DNA of 64,000 nucleotides from an uncultured Acidobacteriota bacterium (GCA_963741905.1 CAVUJZ010000010.1:2099-66098), one strand, 5' to 3'; shown: positions 37,943 to 48,142, counted from the first letter of the stretch. Numbers and translations: made by a program. Notes: generated by a model not told the origin, from the sequence alone.

Positions 37943-39133
37943 GTGACGAAACTCGATTCCAGTCAGGTCGTGATTCTCGAGGGGGCACGCACCCCAATGG
38001 CGGAGTACAACGGACAATTCAGCGGCACCAGCGCCATTGATCTCGCCGTGGTTGCGGCGAAGGGGGCGTTGGAGCGTAGCGGTGTCTCCCCGGAAGAGAT
38101 TCAGCATGTGATCGTCGGCAATGCGCTGCAGACGTCCGGCGATGCCATCTACGGCGCTCGCCACGTCGGACTCAAAGCGGGTGTTCCGAAGCAGGTTCCC
38201 GCGCTCACCCTGAACCGTCTCTGCGGTTCCGGGATCCAGTCGGTGATCAGTGCGGCCGAACAGATTCTGCTGGATGAGGCCGAGGTGGTTCTCGCCGGAG
38301 GGATGGAGAACATGTCTCAGGCTCCCCATGTGATCCGGGGCGCGCGCCAGGGACTGAAGCTCGGTCAGGGCACTCTCGAGGATTCTCTGATGGTTGCCCT
38401 CCTGGACAGTTACAGCGGTCTCTACATGGCCCAGACATCGGACAATCTCGCGCGGAAGTACGAGATCAGCCGCGAAGAACAGGACCAGTTCGCGCTCCGC
38501 AGCCAGCAGAAAGCCGCGGCGGCTCAGGAGGCGGGGCGACTGGCGGAGGAGATCGTGCCGGTGGAAGTCGGCCGCCGGGGTGAGAAGATCACCACCGACG
38601 ATCATCTCCGGCCGGAAACCACTCTGGAGGGCCTGGCGAAGCTCCGTCCAGCGTTCGCGAAGGATGGATTCGTCACCGCCGGGAATGCCAGCGGGATCGT
38701 GGATGGAGCCGCAATGCTGGTGGTGACGACCGCCGGAAAAGCGCGCGAGAAAGGGAAGATCCCGCTGGGCAGGATCGTCTCCTGGGGGATTACCGGATGC
38801 GACCCCGACATCATGGGGATCGGACCGGTGCCCGCGACGAAGCTGGCGCTGGAACGAGCGGGACTGAGTCTTGATCAGATCGATCTGATCGAGATCAACG
38901 AGGCGTTCTCCGGGCAGGTTCTCGCGGTGATCAAGGAGATGGGGATCGACGAAAGCAAGCTCAACGTCAACGGTGGCGCGGTGGCCCTCGGGCACCCGCT
39001 CGCCGCCACCGGAAGTCGGCTGCTCCTGACCCTGCTCTACGAGCTTCGTCGCCGGAAGGCGCGGTACGGTCTGGCCTCGGCCTGCATCGGCGGGGGACAG
39101 GGGATCGCCATGATCGTCGAGTCGATGGCCTGA
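37943..39133 (+). CDS. Acetyl-CoA C-acetyltransferase (thiolase II)
   Basis: GTG 37943 preceded by GGAGGT. LNRLCGSG active-site Cys, NVNGGAVALGHPLAATG, CIGGGQG. Confidence 0.9.
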   Translation: MTKLDSSQVVILEGARTPMAEYNGQFSGTSAIDLAVVAAKGALERSGVSPEEIQHVIVGNALQTSGDAIYGARHVGLKAGVPKQVPALTLNRLCGSGIQSVISAAEQILLDEAEVVLAGGMENMSQAPHVIRGARQGLKLGQGTLEDSLMVALLDSYSGLYMAQTSDNLARKYEISREEQDQFALRSQQKAAAAQEAGRLAEEIVPVEVGRRGEKITTDDHLRPETTLEGLAKLRPAFAKDGFVTAGNASGIVDGAAMLVVTTAGKAREKGKIPLGRIVSWGITGCDPDIMGIGPVPATKLALERAGLSLDQIDLIEINEAFSGQVLAVIKEMGIDESKLNVNGGAVALGHPLAATGSRLLLTLLYELRRRKARYGLASACIGGGQGIAMIVESMA

Positions 39134-39216
39134 GCTCCTTCATCCCGGACGGCCGGCTCGCTCCGGACCGTTCGGGACAGCAAATAAATATCTCGAGAGG
39201 CTTGTTGGCCACACCA

Positions 39217-39762
39217 ATGCGACGCATCTCCTTCCTGCTGATTCTCCTTCTCCTGTTGCCCTACCTCCTGGAGGCTTCGGTGCTGGAGGTCCGGAGGTCG
39301 GCCGAAGGGGCGCCCGATACCCTCGATGTCACCGCACGTCAGGTACGGCTGTCGGTGCTGATCTCCGCCCTCACTCTTCATCTGCGGCGCCCGGTTCAGC
39401 TGGCTCCCGGGGTGGACCGCCAGGTGGATGTCCGGTTCCGCGGTGTCTCCGCCAGACGGGCTCTGGAGATGCTGGTCGAGCGGGAAGATCTGAAGATCGT
39501 TTCCCGAGGCGGCGTTGACCTCATTCTGGATCGCACGGAGCCGGTGGTGGATCTGGACGTCGAGGATGGAGAGGTCCGCTCGATCGTGCAGGTGGTCGCG
39601 TCGCAGTGCGGGATTCACAATGTGATGATCGATCCTGCAGTCAGCGGCCGGGGAACCTTTCGATTCAGAGATGTCCCCTGTCACCACGCCCTCGACGTAG
39701 TGCTGAGGAGCCTCGGTATCGAAGGGACGCTCGAGCCCAATTCGGTTCTGGTGGTGAAATGA
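39217..39762 (+). CDS. Hypothetical secreted protein with two secretin-N0/STN-like modules
   Basis: Signal peptide MRRISFLLILLLLLPYLLEA. Two modules resemble PilQ N0 (…VRSIVQVVASQCGIHNVMIDPAVSGRGTFRFRDVPCHHALDVVLRSLG). The resemblance was judged by eye only. Confidence 0.5.
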   Translation: MRRISFLLILLLLLPYLLEASVLEVRRSAEGAPDTLDVTARQVRLSVLISALTLHLRRPVQLAPGVDRQVDVRFRGVSARRALEMLVEREDLKIVSRGGVDLILDRTEPVVDLDVEDGEVRSIVQVVASQCGIHNVMIDPAVSGRGTFRFRDVPCHHALDVVLRSLGIEGTLEPNSVLVVK

Positions 39763-40484
39763 CAGCGACCGATCCCATGCCATCCGCTTCCGGCGAGCGT
39801 CGCGGGATGATCGTTCGGATTGCGATCGGACTGATCCTGGTCGTGCTCGCGGTCGCGCTCTACTTCTCACCCTGGCGGGAGCAGCTGACCCTGGAGAACC
39901 TGGATGCGGTACGTGCGCATGTCCGGGGGCTCTGGTACGGGCCGCCGCTGTTCATCCTCAGCTACATTCTGGGATCGGTTCTGCTGCTTCCGGCCACGAT
40001 CTTCGTGGTGGCGGCGGGGCTGATCTGGGGTTGGGGGCTCGGTACGGTCTACGCCCTGATCGGCGGGACATTCGGAGCCCTGGCCTCCTTCGAACTTTCC
40101 CGCTACGTGGTTGGCGACCTGGTGTGGAAACTTCTTGCCCGCACCGACCGACGGGTGACCACCGCTCTTTCCAGGGCGGGATTCCGTTCGGCGCTGATCC
40201 TCCGGTTCATTCCGCTGATTCCCTTTGCGGTCTTCAACTACGGGGCCGGGCTGACCAATCTGAGGACCCGTGACTTCTTCGCCTCGACATTCATCGGTCT
40301 CGCGCCCGCCAGCTTCATCATCACCTGGTGTGCCGATGCGCTGACCAGTGGAGCGATGAGCATGCAGCAGGCGTTTCAGCGGATGCTGATCGTGGGCGTC
40401 CTGCTCGCGATCCTGGTTGCGCTGCCGGCGGTGGTTCAGCGGCTGTTCGCGCGCGACCTGGTCGATCCGGACAGCGCTCCCTGA
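39759..40484 (+). CDS. TVP38/TMEM64 (DedA-related) family membrane protein
   Basis: ATGA overlap with the upstream stop. Family-like ...IFVVAAGLIWGWGLG... and RFIPLIPFAVFNYGAGLT motifs. Confidence 0.8.
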   Translation: MTATDPMPSASGERRGMIVRIAIGLILVVLAVALYFSPWREQLTLENLDAVRAHVRGLWYGPPLFILSYILGSVLLLPATIFVVAAGLIWGWGLGTVYALIGGTFGALASFELSRYVVGDLVWKLLARTDRRVTTALSRAGFRSALILRFIPLIPFAVFNYGAGLTNLRTRDFFASTFIGLAPASFIITWCADALTSGAMSMQQAFQRMLIVGVLLAILVALPAVVQRLFARDLVDPDSAP

Positions 40485-40522
40485 AGTGCTTTTCCCCCGT
40501 TCCGTGAAGATGCTATAGTGAT

Positions 40523-41581
40523 TTGCTTCGGTTCGAGAGCCATCGAATGATCGAGATTCAGATTCACCCCAGCGATATCCGCCGCAAGGTGCGGTATCTC
40601 TTCTTCGGGCGCCGCATGGTGCTGCTGGGAATCGTTATGGGGCTGCTGCTGCTGGCCTTCACCCTGGCCTCGATGGCCGCGGCCCCGTCGGTGATCCGTC
40701 GAACCTACCGGACGAGCTATCTGCGGGTGATGAAGCAGGAGAGGGCGATCCAGCGGCAGCGGCTCAGTCAGTACATGGAGCAGATGTCCTCGCTGGAGCA
40801 GACCCTCGACTCCGAGCGGCTGGCGATCGAGAAGCTGGTGACCGTCTATGGGCTCCAGCACACTGCGCTTGGACAGGGCGGTCTGCCCGCCTCGGTGCGC
40901 AGCGCGCCGGGACACGTGCTGGAGCTTGCCGACGCACGATTGCGTGAACAGCAACTGCGGCATTCGGTGCAGACGCTGCAGGATCAGTTGGAAACGCTGA
41001 TCGCCTACGAGTCCGCCAACGCGAAGCTGATCCGTCACATCCCCTCGATCCTTCCCTTGCCCGCCGAGGAATTCGTTCTGACGTCCCCGTTCGGAGATCG
41101 AATCTCTCCGTTCACCCGGAAGCACGACTTTCACAAGGGGCTGGACCTTGCGGCTCCGGTCGGAACGCCGATTTTCGCTTCGGCCGACGGTGTGGTGACC
41201 TTCGCGGGACGGTATCCCCTGTCGCGAAGCGTCGCCTGGTGGCGGTTCGGAAACGTCGTGGTGGTCAACCATGCCGACCGTTTCATCACCATCTACGCGC
41301 ATTGCAACGAGACCCGTGTCCGCAAGGGGCAGACGGTCCGGCAGGGAGACGTGATCGCCACGGTCGGATCCACGGGCTGGAGCACCAACTCTCACCTGCA
41401 CTATGAGATCCGCAGCGATCTCGAGAAGCCGGGCGAATACCGGCCGATCGATCCCCGGATTTACATCCTCAATCATCACTGGAACGACGAGGAAAATCTG
41501 CTGATCCAGTCACGGACCAGTCCGCAATACGAGGATTTCGATCCGCTTCCAACGGCGTTTATCGGGAGAAGGAGTGTGTGA
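40523..41581 (+). CDS. M23 family metallopeptidase with N-terminal TM and coiled coil
   Basis: HKGLDLAAPVGTPI... and GSTGWSTNSHLHYEI (HxH) motifs. Confidence 0.85.
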   Translation: MLRFESHRMIEIQIHPSDIRRKVRYLFFGRRMVLLGIVMGLLLLAFTLASMAAAPSVIRRTYRTSYLRVMKQERAIQRQRLSQYMEQMSSLEQTLDSERLAIEKLVTVYGLQHTALGQGGLPASVRSAPGHVLELADARLREQQLRHSVQTLQDQLETLIAYESANAKLIRHIPSILPLPAEEFVLTSPFGDRISPFTRKHDFHKGLDLAAPVGTPIFASADGVVTFAGRYPLSRSVAWWRFGNVVVVNHADRFITIYAHCNETRVRKGQTVRQGDVIATVGSTGWSTNSHLHYEIRSDLEKPGEYRPIDPRIYILNHHWNDEENLLIQSRTSPQYEDFDPLPTAFIGRRSV

Positions 41582-41582
41582 G

Positions 41583-42335
41583 ATGTCGAATGCCGCAGAG
41601 AATCCGAGCAACTTCCCAACCATGATCATCCCGAAAGGGACGGAAATCCGGATCAACAACGAGGGCCAGCTCTCGATCAAGACTCCGGGAAACCTGGTGA
41701 TTCAGAACTCCGGAAACTACTCGGAACTGGAGTCGACCAACGGTTCGATCCGGATCGAAGAGAACGTGAACGTCGAGGCGGTGAAGGTTCACGCCGGCCA
41801 GGCCTGCTTCATTCAGGGCACTCTCACCGCCTGGAAGGTCCGGGCGAAGAAGATCGCTCTGGAAGATCGAGCCCGTGCCTACATCATGCTGCAGGAGTCG
41901 GAGCAACTGGAGCTGTCGAAGACCAGCCGGCTGGTGGGCAACTTCGCCAATGAGAAGGAAGTCTACCTTCTGCTCGGCAAATTCAACCGTCAACTCAAGT
42001 CGCTTCCCGCCAGTGTCGGTGTCGATCTCGACGACCGAGGCGAGCGGGGGATGCAGCATCAGGAGCTCGGAGTGGGCGACGCCGAGACAGGGAAGATCCT
42101 CGCCGGGCCGCTTCAGGACGCGCTGCGTCTGATCGAGCAGGAGATCGAGAAGGATCAGCTGGACACCCCTTCGAGAGAGGCGCTCCGGGAAGTGGTATTC
42201 GCCCTTCATGAGAAGAACCTTCAGCGGGCGAATCTGGTCTACAGAGATGCGTTCTCCGAACTGACGGTTCCCTCCGAGGCGCTCCGGAAGGCGTTCGACA
42301 TCCTCGACTCCTGGTTCTCCCGGCATCCAGCGTAG
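41583..42335 (+). CDS. Hypothetical protein, N-terminal beta-helix-like (bactofilin-like?) region plus helical C-terminus
   Basis: ORF abuts the M23 gene stop. Repetitive short beta-strand pattern (IRINNEGQLSIKTPGNLVIQNSGNYSELESTNGSIRIEENVNVEAVKV). Weak call. Confidence 0.45.
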   Translation: MSNAAENPSNFPTMIIPKGTEIRINNEGQLSIKTPGNLVIQNSGNYSELESTNGSIRIEENVNVEAVKVHAGQACFIQGTLTAWKVRAKKIALEDRARAYIMLQESEQLELSKTSRLVGNFANEKEVYLLLGKFNRQLKSLPASVGVDLDDRGERGMQHQELGVGDAETGKILAGPLQDALRLIEQEIEKDQLDTPSREALREVVFALHEKNLQRANLVYRDAFSELTVPSEALRKAFDILDSWFSRHPA

Positions 42336-42426
42336 GAAACAGCATCAGGGATGCGGCATGAGGGGGCGGTTCGAGTCTGCTGGCTCGTGCCGCTTCTCGT
42401 ACCGCACACCTCATCCCCCCTGCCTC

Positions 42427-43116
42427 CTACCACGGCGGTGGTGCGCTCTGGCGACGCCGAGGGCGCGCGAAGAGAAACACCAGGATCATCCCCGCGACGA
42501 AGCCGCCGATGTGGGCGAAATACGCCACGCCCCCACGCTGGACGGAATCGGAGACGCCGAGCGACGCGGTCCCGATGAAGAGCTGAAACACGAACCAGAG
42601 GCCGAGCACGAACAGAGCCGGCAGCTCCCGGAGAAAAATCAGGAAGCCGAGCGGGATCAGGGTGACCACCCTGGCGTGGGGAAACAGCACGAGGTAGGCC
42701 CCCAGCACGCCCGCGATCGCGCCGGAAGCACCGATCGATGGAAGTGGTGAGTCCGGATTGATGAATGCATGGCTGAGTGTGGCGATGGCGCCGCAGGTCA
42801 GGTAGAACACCAGGTACCTCCCGTGCCCCATCCGGTCTTCGACGTTGTCGCCGAAGATCCAGAGATAGAGCATGTTCCCGCCGATGTGGAGAAGTCCTCC
42901 GTGAAGGAACATCGACACGAAGATGGCGAGAGCGTCGGCGAGATAGAACCCCGGGATCCAGAAGCGTGCGGGGACGAAGGCGATTCGGGTGAGCTCCGGC
43001 TCGAGATTCCGGCCGAGGGAGAGCTCCCAGGCGAAGAAGAGGATGTTGATCGCGATGAGGGTGAGATTCACCGCGGGGAAGAGGCGGCGGGGGTTGATGT
43101 CTCGAAGGGGGAGCAT
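42427..43116 (-). CDS. Rhomboid family intramembrane serine protease
   Basis: HIGGNMLYLW and GASGAIAGVLGAY motifs. Start moved to MLPLRDINP (43116). Confidence 0.85.
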   Translation of the reverse strand: MLPLRDINPRRLFPAVNLTLIAINILFFAWELSLGRNLEPELTRIAFVPARFWIPGFYLADALAIFVSMFLHGGLLHIGGNMLYLWIFGDNVEDRMGHGRYLVFYLTCGAIATLSHAFINPDSPLPSIGASGAIAGVLGAYLVLFPHARVVTLIPLGFLIFLRELPALFVLGLWFVFQLFIGTASLGVSDSVQRGGVAYFAHIGGFVAGMILVFLFARPRRRQSAPPPW

Positions 43117-43120
43117 CGGA

Positions 43121-44062
43121 TCAGCTTTCGGACAGCACGTCCCTGGCGTGTGCAGGGTCGACGATGTTGATCGAGCTGCCGGTGGCGAGCTCGAATCCGG
43201 CATTGATGGTCAGACGGGGAGTGATCTCCATGAACCAGTGGAACCGTGCGGCGCCGGCGGGAGCCGTCTGGACGCTCCAGTTCCAGGAAGGGTCATTGAG
43301 TCTCGTGCGCATCGTGCGGGTCGCTCGTTGCAGCATTGTACCGAGATCGCGGATCTCGGCGGGGCCGATCTCGTCGAATCGAGCTCGATGCGTGCGGGGG
43401 ACGATCCATTGCTGGTAGGGCATCCGTGAGGCGAATGGAGCGATCCAGAGGAACGAGTCATTGCGCGCGATCTCGAGTGTCCGGGGATCCTCCAGCATGT
43501 TGCATAGCGGACATATCTCAGCCGTCTCGAACGCCGCCTGCTCGGCAGCCAGCCTGGGCGGGACGAACGGCAGGGCGATGATCTGGCTGTGCAGGTGAGG
43601 GATGGACTCCCCGGCGTGCCGTCCGTGGTTTCTGAAGAGGATCGTCGCTTGCCACCTTCTCTCATCGGAGAGGATCCGGCTCCTCTCGGTCCAGGTTGCG
43701 ATGACGTCTCTCACGGCTTCGTCTCTGAGGTCTTCGAACTGTGTCTCGTGGCGAGGGGACTCGATGATGACTTCGTGCTGCCCCACGGCCTCGCTCTCCG
43801 TCGCCGACGGATCGAAGGGTGAAGCCGCGGAATCCACAGCAGGATAGAGGTTCGGCACCACGCGGACCGTCCAACCCGACGGATCTTCACGCCTCGAGAC
43901 CTCCGGCGGAGTCTGGCCCTCATGACCCGCACAGAACGGACAGTGGCTGGCGGAACTCACCGGGGAAGACGGATTCGTGTCGAACGCGTTGGGCCGACGG
44001 CTTCGCTCGGCCGCATGAATCGTCCAGTCGTCGGTGAACAGGGACTTCCGAAACAGGGGCAC
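43121..44062 (-). CDS. galT: Galactose-1-phosphate uridylyltransferase family (HIT superfamily) protein
   Basis: HCPFCAGHE zinc motif and HLHSQII (HxHxQ) active site. I chose GTG 44062 because the upstream part of the track ORF runs into the IS end. Confidence 0.75.
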   Translation of the reverse strand: MPLFRKSLFTDDWTIHAAERSRRPNAFDTNPSSPVSSASHCPFCAGHEGQTPPEVSRREDPSGWTVRVVPNLYPAVDSAASPFDPSATESEAVGQHEVIIESPRHETQFEDLRDEAVRDVIATWTERSRILSDERRWQATILFRNHGRHAGESIPHLHSQIIALPFVPPRLAAEQAAFETAEICPLCNMLEDPRTLEIARNDSFLWIAPFASRMPYQQWIVPRTHRARFDEIGPAEIRDLGTMLQRATRTMRTRLNDPSWNWSVQTAPAGAARFHWFMEITPRLTINAGFELATGSSINIVDPAHARDVLSES

Positions 44063-44108
44063 TCGACGAATTGTAGAGGATCCGGATCTCAGAAGTGCTC
44101 CGTGGACT

Positions 44109-46024
44109 CCCGGGGGCGGGCGCACGTCAGATTTGTGAGATGGAGTCATGCGGCTGATCTGGCAGCGGCAGCACGTCGTTCCCAGAAGTCTTCGAATCGG
44201 CCGCTGAGCTTGGCGCAGCGAAGGGCGATGATGGAGTTGGCGCCGCGGACGGTCCAGTGCATGCCGGCGCGTTTGAGTCGGGTACCGATGGCCAGCTTGC
44301 ATCCGGCCTCGACGACACCGGTCGAGGTGCACAGGCCGGCGGCGCGGAACCCCGGATACCGCATGCGTTCGCGATTGCGTTCAATGTACTCGGCGCACTT
44401 CCGAGCCTCCTGGTTGTCTGGAGCATGCACGCGCAGGATGGCCAGCACCTGGTCGATCTCGCCTGCGTTGAGCTCCTCGTAGCGTTGACGTGCCCAGTGT
44501 CGTGCCAGATCACCCTGCGCGCCGTAAATGGCCTTGCTTGCATCGGAGATGTTCGTTGGCGTGGTAGCGGTCGACGATTTGGACCGCATCGGGGAACAGC
44601 TCGGAAGCGATGTTCCAGATCCAGAGGGCACCATCGCCAAGCACGACGCGGCGGGCGGCTTTGTCAAAGTCGCGTCGCATCGCTTCGCGCTCGACTCGCG
44701 CTCCGGAACTCGCCTGGCAGAGAATCTGTACCTCGCTGGGCGGCGCTCTCGATGGCCGCCGTGTAACTGACCGACCCTGGATCACGCGTCGGTAAGCCAG
44801 TCTCGGAGTCACGTCCTTCAGCGCTCCAGACCGTACAGAGCTTGACCTCTCGAGTTTTCGCCGTACCGTCGGGTTGCTTGCCTGCCCGCCCGGTCAGTTC
44901 TTCCTTGCGCATGGGAATGCCCGTGCCGTCCTACCCAGGTAGAGTGTCGAACGAGCATCCATCTGGGCGAGCGGTGCGGTGGAGCTCCGTTCATCGGTAG
45001 CGATCTCTCTGCCCAGAGCTTCGGCCGTCCGCTCGACTCGTTTGGGATCGACCGGGACCCCTGCCAGCTCCCGAACCAGTTCGCTGCCTTCCTCGAAGCT
45101 GACCATCGCTCCGACCAATCCAATCATGCGCGTGAGCGCCGGAGAGATCGAGACATTCACGATCCCGAGGGCGTGATCACGCGGGAACCATCCGGATCGG
45201 CAGTTGGGGCAATGGTAGTAAGCACGATCGAGCGTGATCTGTCCCAGCACGGTGTCGATCCTTTTTCGATGGCGACCGGCGTAGTTGGCGTCCTGGTGGC
45301 CGCATGAACAGACCCGAGCGGGGCCGGTGTAATCGGAGTGATCCTGGTTCAGCTGCCGCTCCACGGCACGAGCGGCAATCTTGAATGCCTCACGGCGCGC
45401 CGCCACCTCGATGGCTTCGAAATCAACCTGGTCCGCTTCGCCGGGACCGATCAGTGCCTCGACCTCGGCGACGATTTCATTCTGGAAGATCTCTTCGAAG
45501 CCCCCTTTTTTGCCCCCTCGGAGCTCTTGGTCTCGGTCCTGAGGCGAACATCGCAGAGCCGTTCATTGATCTCGATCAGCTCTCGGGTGAGCTGGCGAAA
45601 CTTGTGATACTCGGCAATCTGCTCCCGTGTCCGCTCGACGGCCTCGGCAGGAATGATGCGCGTGATCGTTTTTCCTCCGACCGCCCGTGTGAGCGACCAG
45701 CTCGGACCATGAGCACGCTCCTTTTCGTGAGCGCAGCGGCAGGACGGCTTTCCGCACCGGCGATACCGTTCCACCAACGAACCTTGCCGCATGTCGCGAA
45801 TCCTCGCCAGTTCGCTTCTCAACTCGTCGCGTCTTCGTTCGAGCTCCTCGATGTGCTTCTCCGACATGGCAAGCATCATTTTCCTCCTTTTTGCCTGACA
45901 GTATTATACGCTGTCAGATCGCGAAGTCGCCACTCACCCCCAAACCGCACCAGGAAAATGCTCTACCCACCCGAGCCGACTACCACCGACCCGCGATCAA
46001 GGTTCTGACGTGCACCCCCCGGGG
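44109..46024 (-). mobile_element. ISKra4-family-like insertion sequence (about 1.9 kb) with imperfect terminal inverted repeats
   Basis: Left end CCCGGGGGCGGGCGCACGTCAGA (44109-44131). The right-end reverse complement is CCCCGGGGGGTGCACGTCAGA (46004-46024). They share the 10-bp core GCACGTCAGA. The transposase fragments lie inside. Confidence 0.7.
44146..45879 (-). pseudogene. ISKra4-like DDE transposase with N-terminal Cys-rich (DUF6788-like) region, broken into at least 5 frame segments
   Basis: Colinear fragments are 45879-45451 (…RYRRCGKPSCRCA…), 45406-44894 (…HCPNC…LYLG), 44912-44664 (…GKQPDGTAKTREVKL…), 44812-44510 (…LGDGALWIWN…DRYHANEHL) and 44667-44146 (…GVVEAGCK…RLKRAGMHW…LRC). One shift sits in an A6G5 run near 45500. 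Confidence 0.7.
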
Positions 46025-46144
46025 CCCCGGGGGCCCGGCAATGGACGGCTTCCGGTTCATCCGGATATAATCCCGTCCTCTGGTTAGTAGAGCCTGAAGT
46101 GGCACGTCGAACGGCTTGGCTATTCCTCAGAAAGCAGGTGGTGA

Positions 46145-47455
46145 ATGAGAGGGAAAATTCGTCGAAATCTGGTTGTGGCGGTTTGTTGTCTGTTTCTGGT
46201 TAGTTTCTCGGTCGAGGCGAACTCCGGTTCCGGGACCATTGAGATGCATAGTGAAGCCGGTGATTACATCGGAGCCGGCCTCGATTGGCTCGTCGGCCCG
46301 TCAGATGGGGAATTCACCGCCTCCATGGGAATCGACTCCAACGGCGACCCATCCTCTGTCACGATTTCCTTCTTTCACAATGGTACCAATCCTGAATCGG
46401 GTTTATTCTGGGATTTTCTATTTTCGACTTCGCATCTTGGTGTTCCGCTGGCGGTAGGAACCTACACAGACGCCCAGAGGGCTGCGTTCGCCGAGGACGG
46501 GCACCCCGGGCTGGATGTCGGAGGAGATGGCCGAGGATGCAACAGCATCAGCGGAGAATTCACTCTGACCGATCTCCAGTACGAGGTGATCACAGACCCG
46601 ACCGGTTTCCTGGACCCAAGCCTGAACCTGCTGCGGTTTGCCGCGACTTTTAAGCAGCACTGCGGCGATTCCACTGACATTCCGCTCCTCACGGGGACCG
46701 TGACGTTCGAAGGCCAGTCAGAAGGAGGGACCCCGGGCACGCCAAGTGACCCGAACAACCCGAGTGATCCCATCGAACCGACGGTTCCCAGGAACCTCAC
46801 TCTCACCCTGCCGTCCGAATTCGGTGCGCTCGAGCTCGGTAATTCTCAGGCGGTGACAGCTCCTTTGTCGATGTTCCGGGTCGCCGACTATGATCAGGAG
46901 CTCAGGTTTGCGGCGAGATCGTATCCAGACGATGTCGATATCACATTCGATCCGCCTCTGATCGCGAGGGGCTCCGAGGATTCCATCACCATGGTCACGC
47001 TGGAAACGCGTCCGATGACTCTCCCCAGCCCTCATATCATCGAATTGTTCGCCACCGATGAGGACGGCGTCGTCTACGCCCGGGGATTCCTGCTGAAGGT
47101 CTACTGCAGTCCTCCGATTCTTCTCGGATCTCCGGTGGACCAGCCCGCAACGCAGACCGTTCCCGCCGGGACCTCGGCGACGCTCACGGTCAATCCGACC
47201 GGGGGATCCCAGCCCTACTTCTATCAGTGGTATCAGGGGCCCGCGGGGAGCCGCTATTTTCCCATCGAGGGCGCGACGGACGCGACCCTGGCGACGCCTC
47301 CGATCACCGCTCCGACCGACTTCTGGGTCAGCGTCACCAACGCATGCGGTGAGGTCCAGAGCTGGACCGCAACGGTGAGTCCTTCCGGAAGCAAGGGGGC
47401 CGAAACGGCTCCGGCTTCCCGCAGACGCGGAGCCACCCCCGGTGGCGGACACTGA
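46145..47455 (+). CDS. Hypothetical secreted protein with C-terminal Ig-like domain
   Basis: Signal peptide MRGKIRRNLVVAVCCLFLVSFSVEA. The C-terminal …TLTVNPTGGSQPYFYQWYQG… pattern is typical of Ig-like repeats. No family assigned. Confidence 0.6.
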   Translation: MRGKIRRNLVVAVCCLFLVSFSVEANSGSGTIEMHSEAGDYIGAGLDWLVGPSDGEFTASMGIDSNGDPSSVTISFFHNGTNPESGLFWDFLFSTSHLGVPLAVGTYTDAQRAAFAEDGHPGLDVGGDGRGCNSISGEFTLTDLQYEVITDPTGFLDPSLNLLRFAATFKQHCGDSTDIPLLTGTVTFEGQSEGGTPGTPSDPNNPSDPIEPTVPRNLTLTLPSEFGALELGNSQAVTAPLSMFRVADYDQELRFAARSYPDDVDITFDPPLIARGSEDSITMVTLETRPMTLPSPHIIELFATDEDGVVYARGFLLKVYCSPPILLGSPVDQPATQTVPAGTSATLTVNPTGGSQPYFYQWYQGPAGSRYFPIEGATDATLATPPITAPTDFWVSVTNACGEVQSWTATVSPSGSKGAETAPASRRRGATPGGGH

Positions 47456-47530
47456 GTTTCGACCGGAGAATCGCAGCCGGCGCCTTCCTCGGGCGCCGGC
47501 TGCGCCATCTCCCCGTCGTACAATCTCTCC

Positions 47531-48142
47531 ATGCATCCATGGCGCGAACGCCTGCAGCGGTGGTTCACCCCCCTCGCATCGCACATCCCTCTCTCTCCGA
47601 ATGCGATCACCCTTCTCGCACTCGCGATCAACCTGATCGCCGCCTGCGTGCTGGCGTGGGCCTCGGCTGATCCGCGACTGTTTCTGGTCGCTCCGGGCCT
47701 GATTGCCGTCGGCGGACTGCTCGACGGACTGGATGGAGTGGTGGCCCGGAAGCTCGGCCTGGTGACGGCATGGGGTGATTTCCTCGACCATTTCTGCGAC
47801 CGGGTGAGTGATCTCGCCCTGCTGGCCGGCTGGATGATCGGAACGCTGGTCCATGCGTGGCTCGCGCTACCGATCCTCGTCATCGTGGCACTCCACGGCT
47901 ACGCCGGGACCCAGATCGAGGCGAGTTTCCATGAGCGCTCCTACGAGGGGGCGGGAAGGGGAGAGTTCATTTTCGCGGTGCTCATCCTCCCGCTGGCAGG
48001 GTGGTCGCTCCAGGCCGCGGATCTCCTGCAGCACGTCGTCGCCGGACTCTCGGTTGCCGAGTGGTTGACGGTTGCTCTGGGCGTCGTTGCGCTTGGATCG
48101 TTGTCCGGCCGAATCCGGCGCGCGTTCCAGCTCAGTAGATGA
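47531..48142 (+). CDS. CDP-alcohol phosphatidyltransferase family protein
   Basis: DGLDGVVARKLGLVTAWGDFLDHFCDRVSD fits D-G-x2-A-R-x8-G-x3-D-x3-D. Confidence 0.8.
   Translation: MHPWRERLQRWFTPLASHIPLSPNAITLLALAINLIAACVLAWASADPRLFLVAPGLIAVGGLLDGLDGVVARKLGLVTAWGDFLDHFCDRVSDLALLAGWMIGTLVHAWLALPILVIVALHGYAGTQIEASFHERSYEGAGRGEFIFAVLILPLAGWSLQAADLLQHVVAGLSVAEWLTVALGVVALGSLSGRIRRAFQLSR

Noticed and set aside
44100-46035. Target-site duplication flanking the ISKra4-like element
   Set aside because: The 9 bp outside the chosen ends (TGGACTCCC vs GGGGCCCCG) do not match. The G/C-run ends make the exact boundaries ambiguous, so I claim no TSD.
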